DNA from: Candidatus Dormiibacterota bacterium
GTDB taxonomy: Bacteria > Chloroflexota > Dormibacteria > Aeolococcales > Aeolococcaceae
Assembly (NCBI GenBank): GCA_963757475.1
Contig: CAVWRW010000002.1
Span: 133,596-197,595, forward strand
Direction: 5' to 3'
DNA: 64,000 bases
Made by a program: the position numbers and the translations under genes. The notes under the pieces were generated by a model that saw only the letters and a program-made list of their open reading frames with translations, searched no databases and was not told where the DNA came from. Below, piece after piece: positions 55,323 through 64,000 of the stretch. Position 1 is the first letter of the stretch. Each line of letters starts with the position of its first letter.

Positions 55323-55718
55323 ATGGAGATGAAGATCGAACTCGTCGCGATCCCGGTAACCGACGTCGACCGTGCCAAGGCGTTCTATGTCGAGCAGGTT
55401 GGCTTCAATGCCGATCACGACATCCCCGTCCGTGAGGGCCTACGCTTCGTGCAGTTGACCCCACCGGGATCGGCCTGCTCCATCGTCATGGGCAACGGGA
55501 TCACGGAGATGCCGCCGGGCTCCCAGAAAGGCATCCAGATGGTGGTCGCGAACGCCGAAGCCGCACGGCAGGAGCTCATCGGCCGCGGCGTCGCTGCGAG
55601 CGACGTCGATGTTCAGCCGTGGGGAAGCTTCGTGACGTTCAGCGACCCCGACGGCAACACCTGGTCGCTCCAGGAGCTCCCCGCCTGGTCGGGGCAGCAG
55701 CCGCCGGCCAGCACGTAG
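55323..55718 (+). CDS. VOC/glyoxalase family protein
   Basis: IPVTDVDRAKAFY, FVQLTPPGSACSI, FSDPDGNTWSLQE. Confidence 0.9.
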   Translation: MEMKIELVAIPVTDVDRAKAFYVEQVGFNADHDIPVREGLRFVQLTPPGSACSIVMGNGITEMPPGSQKGIQMVVANAEAARQELIGRGVAASDVDVQPWGSFVTFSDPDGNTWSLQELPAWSGQQPPAST

Positions 55719-55740
55719 TCAGGCGGCTACCGCCGACCCT

Positions 55741-56529
55741 TTAGAAGGGCACCGGCGTGGCGAGCAGCCCCTTGCCGGCCGCACGACCCGAGACGGTCCA
55801 GCAGAACTCGAGCGCGTCCATCTCGATCTGTTCCCCGTCAGTGCCGGACTCCCAACGCCCACCGGCGTCCCCAGTGAGCGTGAGGCTGAACGGCTTGCCG
55901 TGGCGTCGCGCCCACTCGGCGACGACCGCCGCGACGATCCGTCCGTCGTGCGCAGCGGTGATCACGACCTCGCGTCCCGTCGCGCGCGAGATATCGATGC
56001 GATGGACCCAGGGGTCGCGCGTGAAGATCGTGTCGACGAGGAATCCATACGTCCACCGCTCAGCCTCGAACGGTGGGTCCTGCTTCATGAGCTTGAGCTT
56101 GCGCATGAGGGCGGGCGTGCGCTTGCGCGAGCGCACGGCGCGCGGCGCGCTTTCGACAAGGCGTTCGACGAGTTGCGCGGTGGTCATGTCCGCGCGTTCG
56201 CGCACCTGAGTCGCGTTCATCGCGTCGATCATGGCGCCGCCGCTGCGCTTTCGAGCGCTGCGAAAGTCGTGCACGAACTGGCGAAACGACGCCTGCGCTT
56301 CGGCCATGCCGACAACGTGCGCAACCAGCTGGTGCACGTTCCACGGCGCGCATACGGTGGGCTGCTGCCAGTCGTCGATGGTCAACTGCGTAAGGAGCTC
56401 AATCATCCGAGTGAACTCCGTGCTGGCGAGACCCATCGCCTCGGCGTGGCCCAGGGTGGGGATGGCGACGACATCGACGCTCGCTGCGTTGGCCGGCGTC
56501 AGGATCGCGATCGGGAGTGCTGTCGTCAT
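55741..56529 (-). CDS. Maleylpyruvate isomerase family (MDMPI) enzyme
   Basis: WQQPTVCAPWNVHQLVAHV; RDPWVHRIDI. Confidence 0.85.
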   Translation of the reverse strand: MTTALPIAILTPANAASVDVVAIPTLGHAEAMGLASTEFTRMIELLTQLTIDDWQQPTVCAPWNVHQLVAHVVGMAEAQASFRQFVHDFRSARKRSGGAMIDAMNATQVRERADMTTAQLVERLVESAPRAVRSRKRTPALMRKLKLMKQDPPFEAERWTYGFLVDTIFTRDPWVHRIDISRATGREVVITAAHDGRIVAAVVAEWARRHGKPFSLTLTGDAGGRWESGTDGEQIEMDALEFCWTVSGRAAGKGLLATPVPF

Positions 56530-57164
56530 CGGTCTTTCCTTTTAGATTTGCTGTTCGGTGTCGTCGTCGCTGTCGATCGCGCGAGCAGCGTGTGTTCGAG
56601 ATACATGTCTGTCACGTCGTCGATGAGGCGCAGCCAGCGATCCCCCGTGGGATCGTTGGCGATCTGCTGCGCCGCGAGGCCGCTGACGATCGCGGTCCAC
56701 GTGTCGAACGCGGCTTGGGTTACCACGCCGGCCTTCGCCATACGGACGCGCATCTCATCGAGCGCCTGGACGGCAACGGCGAACGCCTCTGCCGACGGCT
56801 CGAAGTTTGGGATGGTGCGCTGGAAGAGCAGCTGATAGCGCTGCACGTCCTCCATGCTGAATTCGATGAAGGCCCGCGCACCTTGCCGCAAGATTGCTCT
56901 GGGATCGGTGGGCCAGTCCTGCGCAGCAAGGCGTTGGAGCAACTGGCGATTGCCCTGGGCGAACATCGCATCGTAGATCGCGCTCTTGGATGCGAAGTAC
57001 CAGTAGAGCGATGGCGGCCGCATGCCGATCCGCTGCGCGACATCGCGGAGGCTGAGCCCCGCCAGGCCCTCGGAGCGCGCGACGTCCCAAGCGGCCTCGA
57101 GGATTTCCGCGGTCACCGCCTCACGGCGTTCGGCACGTCTATCGCGAATTGGTGCAGCTACCAT
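56526..57164 (-). CDS. TetR/AcrR family regulator
   Basis: ILEAAWDV..EGLAGLSLRDVAQRIGMRPPSLYWYFASK. Confidence 0.92.
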   Translation of the reverse strand: MVAAPIRDRRAERREAVTAEILEAAWDVARSEGLAGLSLRDVAQRIGMRPPSLYWYFASKSAIYDAMFAQGNRQLLQRLAAQDWPTDPRAILRQGARAFIEFSMEDVQRYQLLFQRTIPNFEPSAEAFAVAVQALDEMRVRMAKAGVVTQAAFDTWTAIVSGLAAQQIANDPTGDRWLRLIDDVTDMYLEHTLLARSTATTTPNSKSKRKDR

Positions 57165-57175
57165 CGTTCGAATTA

Positions 57176-57190
57176 TCTCACAGCGTTAGA
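57176..57190. promoter_or_regulatory. Imperfect palindrome next to the tetR -10 box (candidate operator)
   Basis: TCTCACAGCGTTAGA, about 10/15 self-complementary, adjacent to GATAAT located 7 nt before the ATG. Confidence 0.35.
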
Positions 57191-57242
57191 GAGAATGCAA
57201 GGCCGCGAACCGGCGCCGTGACCTTGGTCGCCGCCGGTCGCG

Positions 57243-59187
57243 TTAGTCCGAGACTTTCAGAACAGGTTTGTCGCCTGCGAGAACCGACGGCGGTGCAGGG
57301 CGGCTTGGGGCGGTGATCGCGCGAAGGCGAGAGCGGACGCGTACCCGGGCGCCGTTCATGACGGCCGGTCCGGCGACGGCACGCATGACGCAGTTCCTCC
57401 CCGATGCCTTGGCCTGATACATCGCCTTGTCTGCCGCGGCTACGAGGGATATCGCGTCGATCGCATCCGCCGGGATGGAGGCGATGCCGAGCGATGCCGT
57501 GACCATCGGTGAACCGCCGACGCCGGCGAACCGTTGGGCGATCACGGCTCGAAGCCGTTCGGCGACAACGGCTGCCGCATCACCGTCGGTCTCGCGGAGG
57601 ATCACGCAGAACTCTTCGCCACCGTAGCGGTACGCCGTGTCGGTCTCCCGCAGCGAAGCCTTGAAAGCGCTTTGGAATTCGGAGAGGACCTCATCGCCTG
57701 CTTGATGGCCGTGGAGGTCGTTGACGCTCTTGAAGTGATCGACGTCGAGCATGATGAACGCGAGCGGGCGGCTGTATCGCGTGCTCCGTGCAACCTCGGC
57801 GTCGAGGTCGACCTCGAGCCGGCGCCGGTTCGGCAGGCGTGTCAGCACGTCGGTATGACTCAGTTCGTCGGCGCGCTCGTGGAATCTCGCAGCCTCGACG
57901 GCGGACGCAGCCTGGCCTGTGAGGCTGTGCACGACGTCGAGCTTGCTCGCGTCGATTGCGACAGGGTTTTTCGATGTCAGTTCGAGGACGCCGACGATGC
58001 GAGCCCCGACGATCATCGGGAGCGCGATGACCGCGACTGGCGTGTCTGCGGCGTACTCGGTCGCAAGTGATCCGGCACTGCTGGTCGCGAGCGTTCGACC
58101 GAACTGCCCAGCCCTGCCCACGATACCTTCGCCCAACTGGACGGTCTCGCGATCCTCGAGCGGACCCGCATGGTCGGCCAAGTCATGGACGATGGTGAGT
58201 TCGCGCCTCGCCTCGTCGATGAGCCACATCCGAGCGGCATCGAAGCCGCCGATCGTGAGCGCTGCCTTGCTCACAGCGTCGGCAACGTAGCGGAGGCTGA
58301 GGCTGCCCGAAATCTCACGACCGACGCTGACGATCACTCCCAGGCGCTCCGCCTGCGATCGCGAAGTCAGCCTCCATCGCAGTGATCCGGAACCGCTCTC
58401 CAGCGATCGTATCGGTCATCCGCCCAAGCTCTTCAGCCACCTCGCGGAGCTCTGGAGGTCCTGACGACGTGGGGCGGGCGCTGAGGTCACCCGCGCCGAC
58501 GCGACGCATCGTCATCACCAGATCGTCGATCGGCTCAACGACAGCGGCGCGAAGACGGCGATGCTGCCTGCGCGCGACCACGATGGTGATGACGAGCGAC
58601 ATCGTGACGAGGCCGAGCGTGGCAACGACGATCGCGTGCTCCACGTCCTGCACGGTCGCGATGTCCGCGTCGACGTCAGTGCTCACCAGGTTATTGGTGG
58701 TGCGATACGCATCGAACAGCGCCTTACCCTGTAAGAGAAATGCATCGACCGCAGTGGCGCCGGTTTCTGCCTTACCGGACGCGAGCGCCGGCATCGCCCA
58801 CTCGCTGATCCAGCGTTGTTGGGCGATGCGCATGGCGATCATCGGAGCGGTGAGCGAAGGCATCGCAGCGAGGTCAACCGAGCCGGCATTCCCCCGTTCG
58901 ATCTCCGACCGTCCGAGGTAATACGGTGCAAGGAAGATCTGGTTGCCGGAGTCGAGGTAACCACGGAGACCTGTCTCCTCATCGAGCATCCCGTCGTTCG
59001 CTCCGTCGATGGCGTCCCGACCGGCAAGGAGCGAAGCGATCGACGGCTCGAAATATCCGAGGACTGCAGCGAAGCAGGTCCCTGTCAGCACCAGCGTTGC
59101 GGCGATCAGGATCGCGACGGCTCTGAAGGCGCGACCCAACCTCTGCGACAGGCTGGGGTCCAGGGCTTGGTTAGCCCGCACCTTCAT
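57243..59187 (-). CDS. Diguanylate cyclase: TM-CHASE3-like-TM-HAMP-GAF-GGDEF (frameshift near 58350)
   Basis: DEETGLRGY (CHASE3-like), HAMP ending ELGRM, GAF, DVDHFKSVND..GH..GD, I-site RETD, active-site YGGEEF. Confidence 0.88.
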
Positions 59188-59286
59188 CGACCAAGCGTGT
59201 GTCGACTGCCGGCGCGGGAACCGCTGTCGCGCAACTCCGTGACCAAGTTGGTCGCGCTGTGGCCGCCCGCGTGACGGGCCCGCTGA

Positions 59287-59776
59287 CTAAGCCCGCTCAG
59301 GGATCGGTGGCTCGCGGTGGAGGATGGGCGAGGCGTTGATGATCGAAGTCGTCGTCTCTCCGAAGGCCAGGAATCTGTCGAGGAGCCCAGTGAGCTCATC
59401 GATCGAGCGCAGATGGAGCCTGAGGTAGAAGCAGTCCTCGCCCGTGATGCGGTGGCACTCACCGACCTCAGGAATCTGCAGCGCCAGCTCGGGGATCCGT
59501 TGCAACTGTCCCGGGGCGGGTTTCACGCGAACGATCGCGGTCAACTGATAGCCGAGGGCGCGCGGATCGATGACGGCGCGATATCCGGTGATGACTCCCG
59601 CCTCTTCGAGTTCGTGCCACGCGCTCGGAGACCGCCGGCGAAGAGAGGTTCACGCGCCTGCCGAGCTCGGCGAGCGGAAGCCTGCCATCCGTCACAAGCT
59701 CGCCGATGATTTTGCGGTCAGTTTGGTCTAGATTGATGGGAAGCGATCGTGCAGAGCGTGTTGAGCCGAGTTTCAT
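59287..59776 (-). CDS. Lrp/AsnC family regulator (frameshifted)
   Basis: LDQTDRKIIGEL..DGR...ELGRRVNLSSPAV.ERV; ECHRITGEDCF. Confidence 0.9.
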
Positions 59777-59845
59777 AAGGTGAATGCAGCCTAATGCCGA
59801 TGATCACCTATGTCAATCGATTCTCCACTGCGATAGGGTGTGAAC

Positions 59846-60844
59846 GTGCCCCGAACGCTGCTGCATCGACCCGCGCGCTGCACCAGCGCGAGCGTGCCTC
59901 CGCAGGCGTACTTCGTTGGCAGTGCTGTCTTTCACTACCTCGGTCCGTCGTTTGCCGTGCTCCTGTTCGCGCGAGTCGACGAGCTCGGAGTCGCGTGGCT
60001 GCGCATCGCTGCCGCCGCAATCGTCTTCGCGGTGTGGCGGCGGCCTTGGAGAGGATTCTTCGCGCTTGATCGTAATGGGCGAGGACTGATCGTCGCCCTC
60101 GGCGCGGCGTTCGCGGTGATGAACGTGTGCTTCTACGAGTCGATCGATCGGCTTCCGCTCGCAACCGTCGCAGCGATCGAGTTCATGGGACCGATCGTTC
60201 TTGCGGTGATCGCTGCTCGCATCGGCCGCAACTTCGCTGCTGTTGCGCTCGCCACCACAGGTGTGTACCTGCTGACGCACACGCGCTTCGCTGGTGACCC
60301 AATCGGCTTGGCATTTGCGTTTGCCAATGCAGCGCTGTTCGCCATGTACATCATCCTCGCGCACAAGGTCTCGCGGCGTGAGGCAATGGGTGGTATCGAC
60401 GGTCTCGCGGCGGCGATGATGTTCGGGCTGGTCGTCGTCACTCCGATCGGCCTGTTGAGCGCTGCGCACGCTTTCGGCGATCCGGTCGCCATCACAGCAG
60501 GCTTCGGAGTTGGTGTGTCCTCGTCGGTGATTCCGTATGTGTTCGATCAGCTCGCCATGGCACGCTTGCCGAGGTCGACGTATGCGTTGTTTGTCGCGCT
60601 CCTACCCGCAACTGCGGCGATCGTCGGCGTCATCGTCCTGCGTCAATTGCCGACACCGGTGGATCTAGCCGGCATCGTGTTGGTGATGCTCGCAGTCGCG
60701 CTGCACAAGAACGAATCCGGGCACGCTGTGGAGGTCGTCAACAGTACCGCGGAACAGCGCTCCCTTCCACAGCCTGCCGAGGTCGGCGCTGTGGCGATCG
60801 GGACGCCGAACGCAATCTCGCGGGTCGGCCGGCGAGACCGCTGA
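59846..60844 (+). CDS. EamA/RhtA-type drug/metabolite exporter
   Basis: WLRIAAAA, FYESIDRLPL, IEFMGP, SSVIPY..D.LAM; 10 TM. Confidence 0.88.
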   Translation: MPRTLLHRPARCTSASVPPQAYFVGSAVFHYLGPSFAVLLFARVDELGVAWLRIAAAAIVFAVWRRPWRGFFALDRNGRGLIVALGAAFAVMNVCFYESIDRLPLATVAAIEFMGPIVLAVIAARIGRNFAAVALATTGVYLLTHTRFAGDPIGLAFAFANAALFAMYIILAHKVSRREAMGGIDGLAAAMMFGLVVVTPIGLLSAAHAFGDPVAITAGFGVGVSSSVIPYVFDQLAMARLPRSTYALFVALLPATAAIVGVIVLRQLPTPVDLAGIVLVMLAVALHKNESGHAVEVVNSTAEQRSLPQPAEVGAVAIGTPNAISRVGRRDR

Positions 60845-61815
60845 TGCGCTCTGTGCGTCTGGGATCCTCCGGGCTCCAGGTTTCTCGCATCTGCCTGGGG
60901 ATGATGAGCTTTGGCGATACCTCGCGGCGCCAGTGGCATCTGAACGAGGAGGCGGCAGAGCCCGTTGTTCGCGAGGCGATCGAGGCGGGCGTGACCTTCT
61001 TCGACACCGCCGATATGTACGACCTCGGTGCGAGTGAGGTCGTCACTGGTCGTCTCCTCTCCAAGGTGTTCCAGCGACGTGAGGATTATGCCCTCGCCAC
61101 CAAGGTCTACTACCCGATGGGGTCGGGACAGAACGATCGCGGTCTGTCCAGGAAGCATCTGCTCTCAGCCATCGACGCCTCCCTCACACGGCTGGGGACG
61201 GACTATGTTGACCTCTATCAGATTCATCGCTGGGATGAGGAGACGCCCATCGAGGAAACGATGTCGGCGTTGCACGACATCGTGCGTGCGGGCAAGGCTC
61301 GATACATCGGTGCATCCAGCATGTACGCGTGGCAATTCGCGAAGGCGCAGCGTGTCGCTGCTGCCGCCGGCGAGACACAGTTCATCTCGATGCAGAACCA
61401 CTACAACCTCGTCTACCGCGAGGAGGAGCGCGAGATGATCCCGATGTGCCGGGATTCAGGCGTGGGGATCAATCCGTATAGTCCCTTGGCCCGCGGCCTT
61501 CTGACCCGTCGCACCTCAGACGCCGCTGGCACGGTACGAGCGGGCAGCGATCCGCTCGCCAAGAGCATGTACGGCACGCACGACCTCGCGGTTGTTGACG
61601 CCGTCCAGGCGGTCGCCGACGAGCGCGGCGTGGCGATGGCGCAGATCGCGCTCGCGTGGGTGCTTGGCAAGCCTGGCGTGTGCGCGCCGATTGTCGGAGC
61701 GACAAAGGCAGAGCACGTGCGCGACGCCGTTGCGGCAGAGGAACTAACCCTGCGCGACGATGAGGTCGCCCGGCTGGAGGCGCCGTATCGGCCGCACGCC
61801 GTGCTGGGTCACTGA
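60844..61815 (+). CDS. Aldo/keto reductase
   Basis: FFDTADMY, LATKV, DYVDLYQIH, QNHYNL, PYSPLARG. Confidence 0.95.
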   Translation: MRSVRLGSSGLQVSRICLGMMSFGDTSRRQWHLNEEAAEPVVREAIEAGVTFFDTADMYDLGASEVVTGRLLSKVFQRREDYALATKVYYPMGSGQNDRGLSRKHLLSAIDASLTRLGTDYVDLYQIHRWDEETPIEETMSALHDIVRAGKARYIGASSMYAWQFAKAQRVAAAAGETQFISMQNHYNLVYREEEREMIPMCRDSGVGINPYSPLARGLLTRRTSDAAGTVRAGSDPLAKSMYGTHDLAVVDAVQAVADERGVAMAQIALAWVLGKPGVCAPIVGATKAEHVRDAVAAEELTLRDDEVARLEAPYRPHAVLGH

Positions 61816-61893
61816 CGGAAGGTCAGGCCGCCCTCACTGTTGATAACGACGCGTCGGTCGCGCACACCGCAACGTACGTCTACGCGTGGCCCC

Positions 61894-62904
61894 TCACGCA
61901 GCAGGCTGTGCCGCCGCGAACCGTCCGACCTCTCCACTGCCGAATTCGCTGAACCACATGGTGCCATCGGACGCAGACACCAGATCCTCGGGTTGTGCGA
62001 GCGGCGTGTCGACCTTATAGCGGACCACATCACCCCGCGACGTGACGCGATCGATGGTGCCGGCTCCCTGCTCAGCAATCCACACCGTGCCCGTGTTGTC
62101 GAGCGCGACGCCCGTTGGTTGATTGAACGTGGTTGGCAGCAGCGTGATGTGCCCGCTCGTATCGATGTGACCCGCACGGCCGCCCTGTTCCTCGACGAAC
62201 CACAGGTCGTTGCCGGTCCCGTCGACGATGCGCAGGACACCGACGCCGGCCGACAGCGCGTACTGCGCCACGACCCCGGTCGGCGTCACGCGCGCGATGC
62301 CGTTGCTCTCGGCAACCCAGAGGTTGCCGTCGGGCCCTTCGACGAGGCCCACAGGTGCCGAGCCACCGCCGAGGTCCGCAGCCTTTGTCACTGCGCCGGT
62401 GGTGCTGACACGGTCGAGCACATTGGTGCCGTTCTCAGTGACCCACAACGAGTTGAGCGGTCCAACACAGATGCCGAGCGGCGTGCTGCCCGCCTCGAGC
62501 GGCACGCGCAGCAACGCACCGTCACTCGCGATGCGATCGACCTCATTCGCGTCACGATCGGTGAACCACATTGATCCGTCGGGTGCGCGGACGATGCCGA
62601 GCCCCGGCGCACCCGGTCGCGGCAACTTGATCTCGCTGACCTGACCGCTCGATGTGACCCGGGCGACGGCGTCACCACCCTCCTCGGTGGTCCACAACGT
62701 GCCTTGCGAGTCGAGTGCCACGCCGGTCGGGGATGCGTTCTTCGTGGGCAGTGTCACGTATGTCGCGTGCAGACCGTGCGGTGCTGCGCTTGGCGCGGGA
62801 CTCGACGACGCCGGCGTCGTCGATGATCCGCAGGCGGCGAGCACAGCGGTTGCAACCAACGTCACTGTTGCGACGACCCCACGGGGAGCGCTATGCCGCG
62901 CCAC
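61894..62904 (-). CDS. Vgb (virginiamycin B lyase)-like beta-propeller lipoprotein
   Basis: Lipobox LAAC; about 7 repeats of P.G...PDG.(L/M)WF(T/V)E. Confidence 0.75.
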   Translation of the reverse strand: MARHSAPRGVVATVTLVATAVLAACGSSTTPASSSPAPSAAPHGLHATYVTLPTKNASPTGVALDSQGTLWTTEEGGDAVARVTSSGQVSEIKLPRPGAPGLGIVRAPDGSMWFTDRDANEVDRIASDGALLRVPLEAGSTPLGICVGPLNSLWVTENGTNVLDRVSTTGAVTKAADLGGGSAPVGLVEGPDGNLWVAESNGIARVTPTGVVAQYALSAGVGVLRIVDGTGNDLWFVEEQGGRAGHIDTSGHITLLPTTFNQPTGVALDNTGTVWIAEQGAGTIDRVTSRGDVVRYKVDTPLAQPEDLVSASDGTMWFSEFGSGEVGRFAAAQPAA

Positions 62905-63251
62905 GCAATGCGCCCTTGCGAGTCATCCAGGTCAGCGTCATGATGTCGAGCCTGCCGGCGACAACTGCGGGGTCCTCGCGTGCGAGACGTTTTGCCTCAT
63001 CGAGCGGCACGCAGATACACGCACAGTCCTCGCCAGGATTCATCGGGCTGATCGACGAAACGGTCCCGCCGCCAGCATGAGCCCGCGCTGGCGCATCGCC
63101 TCGAGATGACCGAGATGTCTTGCGCTGGAGCGCCGCACCCTCGTCGGTGTCGTCGTACTCGGCGGCGCGCGGTCCGCGGATCAACATCACCAGTGCGTAC
63201 TCGTCGAACTCGGTCGGCGGGTCGGCTTCGGGCCTCGGACGGAGTGGTCAT
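62891..63251 (-). CDS. YCII-related protein (frameshifted)
   Basis: Joined frames: EFDEYALVML...HLGHL...MLAAGPF...EAKRLAREDPAVVAGRL. Confidence 0.72.
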
Positions 63252-63721
63252 CGAACGGTTGCGGCCGCATTGGCCGTAGGTCTGCGCAGCTTGATGCGGC
63301 GTGGCCGCCGCGTGAGTTCGCCGCCGCAGTTCATGCATTTGTATCCGAGTGCATCGCCGCACCGCTCGCAGTACGTGCACTCGTAGCTGCAGATGAAGGC
63401 GATGCCGTTTGGCGTCAGCAGCACGTGGCACTTCTCACACTCGCGTCGCATTTCCAAGCCCAGGAACTCCTTCAACAGAACGGTGAGATCCGGCAATTCC
63501 GGTTCAAGACGAAAGCCGTCGCCGGCCACCGACTTGACGAGGCCGGCGGTCCGCAGACTGGTGAGGTGCTCGTGCACGGTCGACTTGGCCAGTCCCAGCT
63601 CACCGCTGATCTGGCCCACCGACGCCGACCCCGCCGCGAGGCGACGCAGGATGCGCAGCCGCGTGCCATCGCCCAACGCTCGGTACAGACCGATCAGTCG
63701 CTGGTCCGGCGCGGTCGCCAT
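63248..63721 (-). CDS. ArsR/SmtB HTH fused to a DUF1272-like 8-Cys domain
   Basis: ALGDGTRLRIL...LAKSTVHEHL..LR.AGLV, then LEMRRECEKC...ICSYECTYCERC...CMNCGGELTRRP. Confidence 0.85.
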   Translation of the reverse strand: MATAPDQRLIGLYRALGDGTRLRILRRLAAGSASVGQISGELGLAKSTVHEHLTSLRTAGLVKSVAGDGFRLEPELPDLTVLLKEFLGLEMRRECEKCHVLLTPNGIAFICSYECTYCERCGDALGYKCMNCGGELTRRPRRIKLRRPTANAAATVR

Positions 63722-63728
63722 GAGCGGC

Positions 63729-63761
63729 ATTCTAGCGAAATCGTTCGGCGTTCACCGAACG
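63729..63761 (-). promoter_or_regulatory. TAGAAT -10 box plus inverted repeat CGTTCGG-N6-CCGAACG (candidate ArsR operator)
   Basis: -10 at 63729-63734, 7 nt before ATG 63721; inverted repeat at 63742-63761. Confidence 0.6.
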
Positions 63762-63801
63762 GCGCGGGTCAGCGTCCAGTGCCACCAGATGGCGTGCAAA
63801 G

Positions 63802-64000
63802 TCAAGTGGTCAGATAGCGTTCCAGGGTCGGTGCGACCCACGCTGCGACGGTAGCGGGGGCTGCGGACGCGAGCGGCTCTACGCGAAGCAGATATCGCGC
63901 CACCGCGAGTCCGACGAGTTGGCTGCCCACCAGCGTCGCGCGCAGGGGGGCGTCGGCGGTATCGAGCACCATCGCGACTCGGCCGATCAGCGCTTCGCTG
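63802..64000 (-). CDS. C-terminal part of a TetR family regulator (runs off the window edge)
   Basis: Manual translation RATLVGSQLVGLAVARYLLRVEPLAS...WVAPTLERYLTT*, typical of an actinobacterial TetR C-terminal domain. Confidence 0.75.
   Translation of the reverse strand, partial: SEALIGRVAMVLDTADAPLRATLVGSQLVGLAVARYLLRVEPLASAAPATVAAWVAPTLERYLTT

Noticed and set aside
61894-62904. Calling the propeller a true streptogramin B resistance gene (vgb)
   Set aside because: It is a lipoprotein, and the Vgb-like repeat is widespread; catalytic residues could not be verified by eye.

Overview
A gene-dense, high-GC bacterial chromosome segment of about 65 genes. The gene content (comEA-comEC-holA-rpsT synteny, CcsB-type cytochrome c maturation, bS22, tRNA-Ala(CGC), DinB/MDMPI enzymes) fits a monoderm soil lineage such as Ca. 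Dormibacterota or an Actinomycetota/Chloroflexota relative; this is inference only. The sequence has many single-base indels, even in housekeeping genes (ispE, leuA/C/D, ilvB/D). I read these as long-read errors rather than pseudogenes, so many CDS boundaries are approximate. Layout: surface-glycan locus with PseB, GT2, epimerase, two methyltransferases and a split transketolase (1-8.2 kb); S53 peptidase and tRNA-Ala(CGC); ccsB, bS22, HIT, GT87; opp operon with ohr and tRNA-Ala(GGC) (13.6-20.3 kb); competence, holA, rpsT, ispE; zwf-glk-ABC exporter-methyltransferase; ilvBNC-leuACDB-cimA operon with divergent ilvD (33-45 kb); MarR/MFS, malic enzyme and a detox/regulator-rich accessory region (45-64 kb). 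No CRISPR, integrase, transposase, prophage or recognisable defence system was seen. Best leads: (1) a complete leader-peptide attenuator plus an unknown 66-aa ORF heading the ilv-leu operon; (2) a membrane-anchored 12-residue Ser/Thr repeat protein grading into a Cys-every-third-residue tail; (3) an ArsR-DUF1272 fusion leading a coupled three-gene operon; (4) an unknown membrane protein with a gapless 63-aa internal duplication and a Cys/His N-terminus; (5) recurrent leaderless promoter architecture.
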